Shown piece by piece: positions 28,825-42,700 of a stretch of DNA of 64,000 nt. The stretch's first letter is position 1. Every line of letters starts with the position of its first letter. Source of the stretch: an uncultured Collinsella sp. (GTDB lineage Bacteria > Actinomycetota > Coriobacteriia > Coriobacteriales > Coriobacteriaceae). The notes below the pieces were generated by a model, which was given only the letters and a program-made list of their open reading frames with translations, was not told the origin of the DNA and did not search any database. The stretch lies in contig CATWCP010000003.1 in NCBI GenBank assembly GCA_958349325.1, positions 2,899 to 66,898 on the forward strand, written 5' to 3'. The position numbers and the translations under genes are program-made.

Positions 28825-30279
28825 GTGACAGAAACGTTTGATATCGCGATTGTCGGCGCGGGCATCACCGGATGCGCCATCGCGCGGCAGCTCGCGCGAT
28901 TTGACCTGTCCATTTGCGTAGTCGAGGCGGCTAACGATATTGCGCTGGGTGCGTCGAAGGCCAATGGCGGCCTGGTGCATGCCGGCTACGATCCGACACC
29001 TGGCACGGTTAAGGCACAGGTCAACGCCCGTGGCTGCGAGTTGTACGGTACGTGGGCGCAGGAGCTGGACTTTCTGTTCTGCCGCACCGGATCGATGGTG
29101 TTGGGCTTCAACGACGAGGACCGCGCGCATCTGGAGCAGCTGCGGAGCAATGGCCTTACCAACGGTGTGCCCGAGCTGTCAATCGTCGGACCCGACCGCA
29201 TCCACGAGTTAGAGCCGCGCGCCAGTGCCGATGCAACGTGCGCGTTGTGGTGCCCCTCGACTGGGTTTGTCGACCCGTTTGAGGTTGCCATCGCCGCACT
29301 GGAGAACGCCGTGGCCAACGGGGTGACGTTTATACGGTCCGCGTCGGTGGAAGCGATTGAAGTCGCGGGCTCGGGCGACGACACGCGCTTTACGCTGCTG
29401 ACGCCTGCCGGCGACGTGCACTGCCGTTACCTGATCAACGCCGCGGGCAACGGAGCCGCAAGCATCTCGCATATGGCGGGCGCCAAAGAGTTCCAGATGA
29501 TCTGGCGTCAGGGCAACATCGTGGTGCTGGACAAGGAGCCGCGCACGCTCATGCCGCTCTACCCCGTGCCGACGCCGGTGTCGAAGGGTGTTATCGTCAC
29601 GGGCACCGTGCACGGCAATACCGTGATCACCGCCACGGCTGCCGTGCGCGAGCCGGGCGACACGCAGACCTATGCGAACGATGTGAAAGCGCTGCTGACC
29701 GGTGCGCGCAAGCTGGTGCCCGATCTGGATACGCGCCGCGTGGTGCGCGCATTTGCCGGCGGGCGTCCGGTCATTCAGGGAACGAACGACTTCTTTATTG
29801 GACAGTCGGCCGTGGTGCCGAGGCTGTTCCAGGCGGCGGGCATTCAGTCGCCGGGCGTGGCAAGCGCGCCGGCCATTGCCGAGCGCATGGAGCAGGTACT
29901 GCACGACGCCGGCGTAGCTCTGCGCGAACGGAACGATTGGGACCCGATACGCCGCGCGCCGGACGACTTTGACCGCGCGCCGCTGGCGCGCAAGGAAGAG
30001 CTCATTGAGACCGACCCCGCATGGGGGCAGATCGTCTGCCGCTGCGAGACGGTGCCCGAGGCTGAGATTGTGGCAGCGATCCGACGTCAGCCGGGCGCGG
30101 TTTCGGTCGAAGGCGTCAAGCGCCGCTGTCGTGCCGGCATGGGTCGGTGCCAGAGCGGTTTTTGCCAGAGCCGCGTGGTGGCGATTCTTGCCCGAGAGCT
30201 GGACTGCGACCCCAGCGAGGTGTTGTTGGAGGATGCCAGATCTTGGTTGGTCGAGAGGCCGCTGAAGGGGGTGCGCTAG
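28825..30279 (+). CDS. FAD-dependent oxidoreductase with BFD-like [2Fe-2S] domain (glycerol-3-phosphate dehydrogenase-like)
   Basis: GAGITG, ASKANGGLVHAG, IVCRCE and RAGMGRCQSGFC motifs. Confidence 0.88.
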   Translation: MTETFDIAIVGAGITGCAIARQLARFDLSICVVEAANDIALGASKANGGLVHAGYDPTPGTVKAQVNARGCELYGTWAQELDFLFCRTGSMVLGFNDEDRAHLEQLRSNGLTNGVPELSIVGPDRIHELEPRASADATCALWCPSTGFVDPFEVAIAALENAVANGVTFIRSASVEAIEVAGSGDDTRFTLLTPAGDVHCRYLINAAGNGAASISHMAGAKEFQMIWRQGNIVVLDKEPRTLMPLYPVPTPVSKGVIVTGTVHGNTVITATAAVREPGDTQTYANDVKALLTGARKLVPDLDTRRVVRAFAGGRPVIQGTNDFFIGQSAVVPRLFQAAGIQSPGVASAPAIAERMEQVLHDAGVALRERNDWDPIRRAPDDFDRAPLARKEELIETDPAWGQIVCRCETVPEAEIVAAIRRQPGAVSVEGVKRRCRAGMGRCQSGFCQSRVVAILARELDCDPSEVLLEDARSWLVERPLKGVR

Positions 30280-30280
30280 G

Positions 30281-31627
30281 ATGGCGGAATTCAAATCGAA
30301 CGCGATTGATTGCGGCCTCGCAGAAGCCGTACAAACGCAGGCCTTCGACGTGGTCGTTATCGGCGGCGGACCTGCCGGCATGGCGGCCGCGCTGGCCGCG
30401 CATAAGGCAGGGGCACGCGTAGCCATCGTGGAGCGCGAGCAGCACCTGGGCGGCATCCTCCGCCAGTGCATCCACCCCGGCTTTGGCCTGTCGCACTTTA
30501 AACAGGAGCTCACCGGTCCCGAGTACGCGCAGCGCTTTATCGACCAGGTGTACGCAACCGACATTGCGCTGTTCCTGAACAGCATGGTGATTGGAATTGA
30601 TTCAGGCGAGCCTACGGAAGACACCTCGGTCCACACCGTCACGCTCATGAGCACCGCCGGCATGCTGCAGCTCACCGGGCGCGCGATCGTCCTTGCCATG
30701 GGGTGCCGCGAGCGCACGCGCAGCGAGATTAAGATTCCCGGCAGTCGTCCCGCCGGCGTGTTTACGGCCGGCCTGGCGCAGCGATACATCAATATCGAGA
30801 ACCTCAAGCCCGGCTCGCATGCCGTCATTTTGGGCTCGGGCGACATTGGGCTGATCATGGCGCGCCGCTGCACGCTCGAGGGGGTTTCCGTCGAGGGCGT
30901 GTACGAGCTCATGCCATACGCCAACGGTCTGCGCCGCAACGTCAAGAACTGCCTGGACGATTTTGGCATTCCGCTGCATCTGTCCACCACGGTCACGCGC
31001 GTGATTGGGCACGACCGCGTGGAAGCCGTCGAGGTAAGCCAAGTCGACGAGCACCTGGCGCCCATTCCGGGAACCGAGCGCATTGTTACGTGCGACACTC
31101 TGCTGCTTTCGGTGGGATTGATTCCCGAGAACGAGCTTTCGGTTGCCGCGGGCGTAGAGCTTGACCCGCGCACGCAGGGCGCCGTGGTGGACCAGAGTCT
31201 GCAGACAGGCGTGCCGGGCATCTTTGCCTGCGGCAACGTGCTGCACGTACACGACCTTGCCGACAACGTAACGACCGAGTCCGAGAGGGCTGGCGCAACT
31301 GCAGCGGCGTACGCGATGGGGGCCGGCGCGGGCGCCGTTCCGGACTGCGAGCTCACGGTCTCCCCTGCCGGCATCGCGGGCTACGCGCTGCCGGGACGCA
31401 TTACGGCCGCAGCGCTCACCAAGCTCAACTTCCGCGTGCGCCGGCCAGTCAATGCCGCCTGCGTGAGGATCTTGGCCGACGGCGAGGAACTGTTCGTCGG
31501 CAAGGTCCGCGCGTTTAAGCCTAGCGTTATGGAGAGTTTCCCACTGCCGGCAAAGGTGATTCAGCGCGCACTCGACCTGGGTGCCAGTGAGATTGTCCTG
31601 TCCGTTGACCCTGTTGAGGAGGCGTAA
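30281..31627 (+). CDS. NAD(P)/FAD-dependent pyridine nucleotide-disulfide oxidoreductase
   Basis: GGGPAG, GGILRQCIH, MGCRER and FACGNVLHVHD motifs. Confidence 0.88.
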   Translation: MAEFKSNAIDCGLAEAVQTQAFDVVVIGGGPAGMAAALAAHKAGARVAIVEREQHLGGILRQCIHPGFGLSHFKQELTGPEYAQRFIDQVYATDIALFLNSMVIGIDSGEPTEDTSVHTVTLMSTAGMLQLTGRAIVLAMGCRERTRSEIKIPGSRPAGVFTAGLAQRYINIENLKPGSHAVILGSGDIGLIMARRCTLEGVSVEGVYELMPYANGLRRNVKNCLDDFGIPLHLSTTVTRVIGHDRVEAVEVSQVDEHLAPIPGTERIVTCDTLLLSVGLIPENELSVAAGVELDPRTQGAVVDQSLQTGVPGIFACGNVLHVHDLADNVTTESERAGATAAAYAMGAGAGAVPDCELTVSPAGIAGYALPGRITAAALTKLNFRVRRPVNAACVRILADGEELFVGKVRAFKPSVMESFPLPAKVIQRALDLGASEIVLSVDPVEEA

Positions 31628-31631
31628 AACC

Positions 31632-32030
31632 ATGAGCACGAATGCGACCGAAACGCTGCAGTTCAACTGCACGACCTGCCCATCCGAATGCCTTCTGACC
31701 GTAGAGGTAGAACGCGACGCCAATGGCGCCGTGGTGGGAGTACGCTCGGTGACCGGCAACAGCTGTCCGCGCGGCGATAAGTTCGCACATCAGGAGCTCA
31801 CCTGCCCCATGCGTGTGCTCACAACCACCGTTGCCGCATCCGGCGGCGACGAGACACTTCTCCCCGTACGCACCGCCGAAGCCATCCCGCTGGCACTCCA
31901 CGCCCAAGCCATGGCCCTCATCCGCGGTCTAGTGGTCAAAGCCCCCATCCGCATTGGCGACGTCGTGCTGGAAGACCTTCTCGGCACCAGCATCGACCTC
32001 GTCGCCAGCATGGATATCGACCGAGTCTAA
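31632..32030 (+). CDS. DUF1667 CxxC metal-binding protein
   Basis: CTTCPSEC, GNSCPRG and RVLTTTV motifs; usual third gene of this trio. Confidence 0.85.
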   Translation: MSTNATETLQFNCTTCPSECLLTVEVERDANGAVVGVRSVTGNSCPRGDKFAHQELTCPMRVLTTTVAASGGDETLLPVRTAEAIPLALHAQAMALIRGLVVKAPIRIGDVVLEDLLGTSIDLVASMDIDRV

Positions 32031-32087
32031 GTAACTAATTAGGGACGGGCTCTTTAAGCTACCCTGCCATCCACCCTGCCCTCCTCA

Positions 32088-32152
32088 GTTGCGGTGAAAT
32101 AGTTCCTGATTTCCGCCAAAACCCCGGCATCTAGGAACTATTCCACCGCAAC
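32088..32152. repeat. REP-like hairpin GTTGCGGTG...CACCGCAAC (other copies ~33870-33933, ~42388-42452, ~46531-46596; degenerate ~8582-8696)
   Basis: Same terminal motif with long complementary arms in several intergenic regions. Confidence 0.8.
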
Positions 32153-32511
32153 TTGCCTTGGGATCGGTATTTAGCTTGTGCCCACTTTAGTGCCATTTCA
32201 AAACTATGCCGGATTACGGGGCTGATTCGGAGACCCCCATCCATACCGGCAATTTTCGATTTTTGACAAGCCATCTACATGCGGTTTTAATTTCGCGATT
32301 TTTGCCATGGTCAAGTAATACAGGTCCAGCCCCGTAATCCGCCATACTTTTGAAACCAGCCCATTTGGGACGGGCCTCTTTTAGCTACTTTTGCCCGAAC
32401 GTTCGCTAGACAGCCCATGCTAAGGAGTGTCCCAAGGTGCCGGCATAAAAGGAACGTCCCTATGTGCCGGGCTTGGGATACCATGGTGGCAACCTAGCGA
32501 AAGGATGTTTC

Positions 32512-33600
32512 ATGGCACATGTCGATGACCAGCGTGTGGCGCGCGTGCTCGATGCGCTCGAGGCTCAGCACCCCGGCGCACAGCTGCTCGTAAACGACCC
32601 TTGGTCAATCTATTACCTGACCGGCTTTTATGCCGATATGTTCGAGCGTTTTTGCGGCGTGTTGCTCACACGCGGTAGAGAGCCCGTGATCTTGGTTAAC
32701 GCGCTGCATCAGCTGCCCGAGTATGACAATGCCCGCGTTGCTTACCACACCGATACCGATATCGTGACCGATGCCATCGCGCGCGAGATCGATCCGACCA
32801 AGCCGCTTGGCATCGATACCGTCATGCGCTCCGGCTTTTTGATGCCGCTTATGGAGCGCCACGCCGCCAGCGAGTTTTTCCTGGGTGACTTTGCCGTCAC
32901 CGCCGCACGCACCTACAAGGATGCCGCCGAGCAGGAGCTTATGCGCGCGTCCTCGACCGCTAACGACGCTGTGATGGCCGACGCCATCAAGCTCGTCCAC
33001 GAGGGTGTGACGGAGCGCGAGATCGCCGACCAGATGCTCGGCTTGTATCGCAAGCACGGCTGCGAGGGCTTTAGCTTTCCGCCCATCGTGAGCTTTGGTG
33101 CCAACGCCGGCGACCCGCATCACGAACCCGACGATACGGTACTCAAGCGCGGCGACGTGGTGCTGTTCGACATTGGCGGACGTCGTCGCAACTACTGCTC
33201 GGACATGACGCGCACGTTCTTTTGGGGCGAACCGGACGAGGAGACCGCGCGCATCTATGATATCGTGCGTCGCGCCAACGAGGCAGCCGAGGCGCTCATC
33301 GCACCGGGAGTGCGCATGTGCGACCTGGACCGCGCCGCGCGTGAGGTGATTGAGGATGCGGGCTACGGCAAGTATTTCACGCACCGCCTGGGCCACTCAA
33401 TTGGTCTGCAGGACCATGAGCCGGGCGACGTCTCGCTCGTCAACGAGCAGGTCGTAGAGCCCGGCATGACGTTCTCCATCGAACCAGGCATTTACCTCCC
33501 CGGCCGCACCGGCGTCCGCATCGAGGACCTGGCCCTGGTGACCGAGACCGGCGTCGAAATTCTCAACGCCTACCCCCACGATCCGGTCCGCCTAGACTAG
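32512..33600 (+). CDS. Xaa-Pro peptidase (M24 family)
   Basis: PHH, YCSDMTRT, HRLGHSIG, FSIEPGIY and GVRIED motifs. Confidence 0.92.
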   Translation: MAHVDDQRVARVLDALEAQHPGAQLLVNDPWSIYYLTGFYADMFERFCGVLLTRGREPVILVNALHQLPEYDNARVAYHTDTDIVTDAIAREIDPTKPLGIDTVMRSGFLMPLMERHAASEFFLGDFAVTAARTYKDAAEQELMRASSTANDAVMADAIKLVHEGVTEREIADQMLGLYRKHGCEGFSFPPIVSFGANAGDPHHEPDDTVLKRGDVVLFDIGGRRRNYCSDMTRTFFWGEPDEETARIYDIVRRANEAAEALIAPGVRMCDLDRAAREVIEDAGYGKYFTHRLGHSIGLQDHEPGDVSLVNEQVVEPGMTFSIEPGIYLPGRTGVRIEDLALVTETGVEILNAYPHDPVRLD

Positions 33601-33949
33601 GCAATGCGGCAAAGGGGCGGCCCCTTTGCCGCATCCCACCAAAACCGCGCCACAAAAACGGCCTATCTACTACGTTTAACCCGCATGGGTCGACCATGCG
33701 GGTCTTTTTTAGAACCAGCAAGCCATCTACCTGCGGTTTTAATTTCGCGATGTTCCGTGTGCTCGAGGGTAGTCGGTAAAACGTAGTAGATAGGCCCATT
33801 TCGTGGCAAGCGAGTCAACTCGGGGCACAGGGCAGCCAAAAGCCCCGTCCCAAATTGGCTGCTTTTGAGTTGCGGTGATATACGGACTGTTTGAGGCTTC
33901 TGGCTTGTAAAACAGTCCGCATTTCACCGCAACTGATGAGGGGACGGGA

Positions 33950-35293
33950 TTAGCGCAGCAGGCCGGCTACTTCGCCGGCTAAGGTGATAGTGCCGGCTGC
34001 TACGAAGGACTCGCCCGCGGCATCGAAGGCAGCGAGGGCCTCGGACACACTCGGATATACGCCCGTGAGCTTATCGGCATCAACGAGGACGGCGAGCTCC
34101 TCTGCCGGCAGGGCGCGGTCGGAATCGGTCTGGGTCACGACGACGCGGGGGAACGCCGGAACCAAAACGTCGACGATGCCCGCCACGTCCTTATCGGCCA
34201 GCGCGGCACACAGCAGCGTGGGGCGACTCTCCACGCACGGATCGATCTCGTCCAGCGCGTTTACAAAGTTCTCGCAGCTCTGGGGGTTATGACAGGCGTC
34301 AATCAGCTTGAGCGGATCGGTCCCCAGCACGTCAAAACGACCAGGTGTGGGGCAGCCCATAAGCGACGCATCGAGCTTGTCATGATCGAGCTCGTGACCC
34401 AGATACCCCTCGCACAGCATAATCGCGCACGCAGCATTCTGCGGCTGATAGGCCGGCTTAACCATGCTCGACGTATAGATGGCACGCGGCGTGGTGCAGC
34501 TAAACTCAACCGCGTCGCCCACATGCGCCGGCACCTTAGTCGTGGCGTGGCTCACCACAAGCGGCACGACGCCGCACTCGCGACAACGAGCATCCATCAC
34601 GCGTTGAACGCTCGCCTCGTGTGTGCCCTCGCCCAAAACAACCAAGCGCCCGGGTTTAATAACCGCAGCCTTCTCAGCCGCAATGGCCTCGAGCGTGTCG
34701 CCCAAAATACGTGTGTGATCGAGCCCAATGCCCGTAATGGCAACGGCGACGGGATCGGTCGCACTCGTGGCGTCCCAACGCCCGCCCATGCCAACCTCGA
34801 GCACGGCAACATCCACCGCGGCCTCGGCAAACACCACAAGCGCTGCGGCCGTCAGCAGGTCAAACGGTGTGATGGAATAGGCGCGCTCCCCCGCTGCCAC
34901 ACGACGGGCATTCACTCGATGCCCCGCCTCAACAGCGGCCGAAACGCCACGGGCAAACGCCTCATCGCTCACAACGCGCCCGTCAACCTCCATGCGCTCG
35001 GGATAGCGCACCAGCTGCGGCGACGTATACAGCGCGGTCTTGAGCCCCTCGCCGCGAAGAATAGCAGCCGAAAAACGCGTAGTCGAAGTCTTGCCATTGG
35101 TACCGGCAACCTGAATGCAATCGAAATACTCGTCCGGACGCCCCAACTCATCGAGCATATCGACAACCGTCTCGAGTAAAGGACCAGCATCCCCAGAAAT
35201 CCGCCCCGTATCAGCAGCAAGCCCCACAGCCTCATCAAACGAAAGCAACTCAAACGAGAAAGGAACGACATACGACCCAGAACGCTTAGCCAT
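33950..35293 (-). CDS. folC: Folylpolyglutamate synthase/dihydrofolate synthase
   Basis: VAGTNGKTST, EVGMGGRWDAT, IGLDHT and DACHNP motifs; follows valS. Confidence 0.92.
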   Translation of the reverse strand: MAKRSGSYVVPFSFELLSFDEAVGLAADTGRISGDAGPLLETVVDMLDELGRPDEYFDCIQVAGTNGKTSTTRFSAAILRGEGLKTALYTSPQLVRYPERMEVDGRVVSDEAFARGVSAAVEAGHRVNARRVAAGERAYSITPFDLLTAAALVVFAEAAVDVAVLEVGMGGRWDATSATDPVAVAITGIGLDHTRILGDTLEAIAAEKAAVIKPGRLVVLGEGTHEASVQRVMDARCRECGVVPLVVSHATTKVPAHVGDAVEFSCTTPRAIYTSSMVKPAYQPQNAACAIMLCEGYLGHELDHDKLDASLMGCPTPGRFDVLGTDPLKLIDACHNPQSCENFVNALDEIDPCVESRPTLLCAALADKDVAGIVDVLVPAFPRVVVTQTDSDRALPAEELAVLVDADKLTGVYPSVSEALAAFDAAGESFVAAGTITLAGEVAGLLR

Positions 35294-35449
35294 AACCCAA
35301 AGTCCCCCATAACAGAAAAAGAGACCCACCAAAAAGAATGAGCCCCTCGCGTTGACAATATCAGCCTTTATCCGCTTGCAGCGAGATCAAGGCCACAACC
35401 AAGTGGCCCCAACCTACCAGTTGTAAACAACCACGTAAGCGAACTAGGA

Positions 35450-35558
35450 GCGGCCCGACGCTTTGCTCGCCGCAAGTTCCGCACGCAAAGGACAGCACTT
35501 AATGTGCTGTCCGTCTTGCGCAGGACTGTCCGCAGCGGAGAGCAAAGCGTCGGGCCGC
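35450..35558 (+). repeat. Structured intergenic element, copy 1
   Basis: 19-bp perfect outer IR; inner GGACAGCAC-TTAAT-GTGCTGTCC hairpin; TTCCGCACG and CAGGAC motifs. Confidence 0.75.
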
Positions 35559-35573
35559 GTCCCCCAGTACCGC

Positions 35574-38270
<2,697 letters not shown>

Positions 38271-38290
38271 ATATCTCTCCCTTGCCCGTC

Positions 38291-38403
38291 GGCGTGTCCG
38301 CCTGCTTGGTTTTCGCTCGGTCAGGTCCTGGCTCGCACGAAGAGCACATTTAGTGCTCTTCGGCTCGTGCGGAATCTACGAAAACCAAGCAGGCGGACAC
38401 GCC
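38291..38403 (-). repeat. Structured intergenic element, copy 2, in the valS leader
   Basis: 25-bp perfect outer IR; inner GAAGAGCAC-TAAAT-GTGCTCTTC hairpin; same TTCCGCACG and CAGGAC motifs on the minus strand. Confidence 0.75.
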
Positions 38404-38478
38404 TTAGGTATCGATTACTTCAGTCTAAAGGTACTAACTTGACAATCTCACAGAATAGCACAGGCATACCTGCCGAAA

Positions 38479-38559
38479 AGGGACAGGTTTATTTTGGTAG
38501 GTTTTATCAGGGGAAACGACATTTGCCCATATAAAACCGACCAAAATAAACCTGTCCCT
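38479..38559. repeat. REP-like hairpin AGGGACAGGTTTATTTTGGT...ACCAAAATAAACCTGTCCCT
   Basis: 20-bp perfect IR downstream of clpX. Confidence 0.75.
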
Positions 38560-38607
38560 AAATGGCAGGTCCCGTGGAGGTTGCCACGGGATCTGGATTC
38601 AAGCTAT

Positions 38608-40014
38608 TTACCCGTAGATGCGCTGGGGCTGTTCTTCGCCCTTTACGGAGGCTTCGGTCACGATGACCTTGGAAACGCCCTCCTCGCTGGGGAGATCGAA
38701 CATCGTCTGCTGCAGCACGTCCTCGCAGATGGAACGCAGGCCGCGGGCGCCGGTCTTGCGGGCAAGCGCCATGCGGGCGATCTCGTGCAGGGCGGCGTCC
38801 TCAAACTCAAGCTCAACGTCCTCGAGCTGGAACATCTTGCGGTACTGACGCACCACGGCGTTCTTGGGCTCGATCAGGATCGACACCAAGTCGTCCTCGT
38901 CGAGCGCCTGCGTCTGGGTGACGACGGGCGTACGTCCCACAAACTCGGGGATCATGCCAAAGGCGTTGAGGTCCTGCGGGAGCACCTGGCGCAGCAGGTC
39001 GTTCTCGTCGACCGAGGTGGGGCCGGCGATCTCAGAGTTAAAGCCCACACCCTTGTTGCCCACGCGATCGGCGATGATCTTGTCCAGACCCACAAAGGCA
39101 CCACCGCAGATGAACAGGATGTTGGTCGTGTCGATCTGTAGCAGCTCCTGCTGGGGATGTTTGCGACCGCCGGTGGGCGGAACGCTTGCCACCGTGCCCT
39201 CAAGAATCTTAAGCAGCGCCTGCTGAACGCCCTCGCCCGAAACATCGCGGGTAATGGAGAGGTTCTCGGCCTTGCGGGCGATCTTGTCGATCTCGTCCAC
39301 GTAGATAATGCCAACCTGTGCGCGCTCAATGTCGCCATCGGCAGCATTGATGAGCTTGAGCAAGATGTTCTCCACGTCCTCGCCCACATAGCCGGCCTCG
39401 GTGAGCGCGGTGGCATCGGCGATGGCAAACGGCACCTCGAGGATGCGCGCGAGCGTCTGAGCCAACAGGGTCTTGCCGGTACCGGTGGGACCGAGCAGCA
39501 GGATGTTGGACTTGGCGAGCTCTACCTCGTCCATATCGTCGTCGAACTGCGAGCCCATGCCGTCGTCAAAGGCAGACACCGCGGCGCCGCCCTCGATCAC
39601 GCGGCGATAGTGGTTGTACACGGCCACCGACATAGCGCGCTTGGCGTCCTCCTGACCCATAACATAGGCCGAAAGCTCGTCATAGATCTCGTGCGGCGTC
39701 GGCACGTGCGTGATGACCTGGCGGTCGTCCTCGAGCTCAAAGCCCTCGGTCTCGGGGTCCACGGCGGGCTGGGATGCAGCCTGGCCGCGGTCGTTGAGGA
39801 AGCCCGGCAGCTTGCCGTTGCGGGCAGCGTCCATAAAGTCCGAAGCCAGCGACTCCTCCAGAATCTCGGAACAGGCGGCGACGCACTCGTCACAGATAAA
39901 GATGTTGGTCGGGCCCTTTACGAGGCGACGAACCTGGCCCTGCTCTTTTCCGCAGAAGGAGCAGCGGATGGGGTTGCCGTTCTCGTCAAAGTTGTCCTGC
40001 ATGTTTCCTGCCAT
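38608..40014 (-). CDS. clpX: ATP-dependent Clp protease ATPase subunit
   Basis: CSFCGK zinc finger, [19 protein letters not shown] and RKHP motifs; start at 40014 or 40002. Confidence 0.97.
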   Translation of the reverse strand: MAGNMQDNFDENGNPIRCSFCGKEQGQVRRLVKGPTNIFICDECVAACSEILEESLASDFMDAARNGKLPGFLNDRGQAASQPAVDPETEGFELEDDRQVITHVPTPHEIYDELSAYVMGQEDAKRAMSVAVYNHYRRVIEGGAAVSAFDDGMGSQFDDDMDEVELAKSNILLLGPTGTGKTLLAQTLARILEVPFAIADATALTEAGYVGEDVENILLKLINAADGDIERAQVGIIYVDEIDKIARKAENLSITRDVSGEGVQQALLKILEGTVASVPPTGGRKHPQQELLQIDTTNILFICGGAFVGLDKIIADRVGNKGVGFNSEIAGPTSVDENDLLRQVLPQDLNAFGMIPEFVGRTPVVTQTQALDEDDLVSILIEPKNAVVRQYRKMFQLEDVELEFEDAALHEIARMALARKTGARGLRSICEDVLQQTMFDLPSEEGVSKVIVTEASVKGEEQPQRIYG

Positions 40015-40015
40015 C

Positions 40016-40648
40016 CTAGGCATCCTTCGCGGCGAGATCGCGCGAGGTGACAATACGGTCGATCAGACCGTAGTCGAGGGCTTCGGCAGCGGTCAAGTAG
40101 TTATCACGCTCGGTGTCGGCCTGGACCTTCTCGATGGGCTGGCCCGAGGCGTCGGACAGGATCTGGTTGAGCTCGCGGCGAGTCTTCTTGATCTCCTCGG
40201 CAACGATCTCAATCTCGGTCTGCTGACCCTGGGCACCGCCGCTGGGCTGGTGAATCATGACCTTGGAGTGCGGCAGGCAGAAGCGCTTGCCCTTGGCGCC
40301 GGCCGAAAGCAGCACGGCGGCCATGGACGCGGCCATACCGACGCAGATGGTGGAGACCTGCGGCTTAATGAAGTTCATGGTGTCCAGAATCGCCAGGCCG
40401 GAGTAGACCTCGCCGCCGGGCGAATTAATGTAGAGCGAGATATCCTTCTCGGCATCCTGGCTCTCAAGATGCAGCAGCTGGGCAACGACCAGGTTGGCGC
40501 TGACGGAGTTGATCTCCTCGCCCAAGAAGATGATGCGGTCGTTGAGCAGGCGCGAATAGATATCGTAGCTGCGCTCGCCGCGCGGCGTCTGCTCGATAAC
40601 GTATGGCACGAGGGCGGAATCGAACTTAGCGATCATACGCATCTCCAT
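40016..40648 (-). CDS. clpP: Clp protease proteolytic subunit
   Basis: [20 protein letters not shown] and MIHQP motifs; exact start uncertain. Confidence 0.97.
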   Translation of the reverse strand: MEMRMIAKFDSALVPYVIEQTPRGERSYDIYSRLLNDRIIFLGEEINSVSANLVVAQLLHLESQDAEKDISLYINSPGGEVYSGLAILDTMNFIKPQVSTICVGMAASMAAVLLSAGAKGKRFCLPHSKVMIHQPSGGAQGQQTEIEIVAEEIKKTRRELNQILSDASGQPIEKVQADTERDNYLTAAEALDYGLIDRIVTSRDLAAKDA

Positions 40649-40799
40649 TTCTCTCTTGCGGACCAAATTGGTTCTAGATAAACGTACGGTGCCCGCATGC
40701 TATGCATTGGCTGGCACCGTACGAAGCAACCGGATAACCGGTGTATAACTTTACCCCATCACGGGCGCACGCATGCGCTCGCGGGCAAGGTGGTGAGAA

Positions 40800-42101
40800 T
40801 TACTCGGCGTCCTTGGCGGTCTCGTCGACCTCGGTCACCTTGGCGTTCTCGACCAGGTGGTCGACGGCCTTGGAGCGACGGATGGACTCGCGGACGGCAG
40901 GCATGCGGCCATCGGCGATGAACTCGGCCTTGGAAGCCTCGACGTCCTTGACGCCGGCCTTCTCGAACTCGGCGTTGATGTCGTCCTCGGTAACCTCAAT
41001 CTTGAGCTCACGGGCGAGGGCGTCCAGAGCCAGGGACTCACGGGCAACGTCGTTGGCCTGCTTGTGCAGGTCGCCGATGAACTGCTCCATGGTCAGACCG
41101 GAAGCGGGCAGCCAGGTGTCCAGAGTCATGCCGCGGGCAGCAAGATTGGACAGGAAGTTCTGGCCAAGCTCCTCAAAGACGGACTGCTCGTAGTCGGCGT
41201 CCATCTCGTCGAGCTGCAGACGCTCGGCGAGAGCGGAGACGCAACGGTTCTCCTTCTCGGCCGGGAGGCGGGAAGCCTTGTCCTGCTCGATCTCGATCTT
41301 GATGGCGTCGCGCATAGCGTCGATGCTGTCAAAGCCAAAGTCGGACTTGACGAGCTCGTCGGTGAGCTCGGGGGTGTTGCGGACCTTGATGCCCTTGACG
41401 GTGACCTCGACGGTGTGAGTCTCGGCCTCCTCGCCCTCCTCGACCTCGTCGGTCCAGGTGACGGTCTTGACGTCGTCGACGTTAGCGCCGATCAGGGCCT
41501 CGTTGAACTCCTTGGGGTTGCTGTCGCTACCGGCGATGAGCATGCGGCCCTCGGCGGCGAAGTTGTCGGCGTTCTCGACGGCCTTGAGGTCGACGGTCAC
41601 ATAGTCGTCAGCCTCGACGGCGCGACCCTCGACGTCCTCGAAGGTGGCACGGTAGTTGAGAAGCATCTCGACCTGGTTGTTGATCTCGGACTCGGTGACC
41701 TCCGCGGGAGGCATCTCGATCTCGACGGCATCGAAGGAGGAGAGCTCGGCAGCAGGACGCAGGGAGAACTCGACGGTGTAGGTGTAGTCCTCGTGATCCT
41801 TGGCGAGGTCGAGCTCCTTGTAGTCACCGTTCTTGGTGGGAACGATGTCCAGCTCGTTGAGGACGGCAGGCTCGTTGGCGGCGATCAGGTCGTTGGTGGC
41901 CTGAGCAAGGGTAGCCTCGGCACCAAGAGCGGAGTCGATGACCGGACGGGGGGCCTTGCCGGCACGGAAGCCCGGGAAGCGGTACTTCTTGGCGGTGTCC
42001 TTGTAGGCCTTCTTGATCGCGGCGTCGACGTCGGCGGCCGGGATGGTGACCGTAGCGGTGAGCTTGGCGTCCTTGACGTCAGAAGCGGTGATGTTCAACA
42101 C
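40800..42101 (-). CDS. tig: Trigger factor
   Basis: PGFRAGKAP motif; tig-clpP-clpX synteny; AGGAGG before GTG/TTG. Confidence 0.95.
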   Translation of the reverse strand: MLNITASDVKDAKLTATVTIPAADVDAAIKKAYKDTAKKYRFPGFRAGKAPRPVIDSALGAEATLAQATNDLIAANEPAVLNELDIVPTKNGDYKELDLAKDHEDYTYTVEFSLRPAAELSSFDAVEIEMPPAEVTESEINNQVEMLLNYRATFEDVEGRAVEADDYVTVDLKAVENADNFAAEGRMLIAGSDSNPKEFNEALIGANVDDVKTVTWTDEVEEGEEAETHTVEVTVKGIKVRNTPELTDELVKSDFGFDSIDAMRDAIKIEIEQDKASRLPAEKENRCVSALAERLQLDEMDADYEQSVFEELGQNFLSNLAARGMTLDTWLPASGLTMEQFIGDLHKQANDVARESLALDALARELKIEVTEDDINAEFEKAGVKDVEASKAEFIADGRMPAVRESIRRSKAVDHLVENAKVTEVDETAKDAE

Positions 42102-42189
42102 GTTCCTCCTCATACTGCCCAGCTTATCTGAGGTGCTGGTACCTTTATGCAACAAAGTGTCGCGACGGCCAGGGCCGACGCAGGTGCGA

Positions 42190-42273
42190 TGGTGCGGGCG
42201 AAAGGACTCGAACCTTCACGGGAATCCCACCAGAACCTAAATCTGGCGCGTCTACCAATTCCGCCACGCCCGC
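42190..42273 (-). tRNA. tRNA-Leu(TAG)
   Basis: GCGGGCGTGGCGGAATTGGTAGACGCG...CCAGA-TTTAGGT-TCTGG...GTTCGAGTC...CGCACCA cloverleaf with a variable arm. Confidence 0.96.
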
Positions 42274-42700
42274 ATGAGCGCACAGACTAGGAATGATAGC
42301 AGATACGAGCGGCAAGCGCACGCACACGTTTTACAGGCTCACGACCTCACCACGAGTACGCATCGGATCCCCCGCCGCCCCATCGAAGTTGCGGTGGAAT
42401 AGGGACTGTTTGGGGCTCCAGTCCTCCAAAACAGTCCCTATTCCACCGCAACTTCGGCGGGACTCGGCAGCCTGGCGATGCTGGCCATGCGCCGGAAAGC
42501 GTGTCCCGGTTTGGGGCCTCGGAATGGGATGTAATTTCCGCTATAGCCATCAACCGGAAACTGCAACCCGTTTTGAGCCCCTATTTCGAGATGCACTTTC
42601 CGCCGAGGGCCTCAAACGGAAACTGCAGCCCACAATTCGGTCGAAAAGTGGGCTGCAGTTTCCCAAGGCTAGGCAAAGAGCGGCGGATGCGTCGCCTCGC

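Noticed and set aside
38271..38450. T-box riboswitch upstream of valS (also checked for thrS)
   Set aside because: I found no GGTGGNACCGCG T-box consensus; the valS leader hairpin matches a dispersed element instead.
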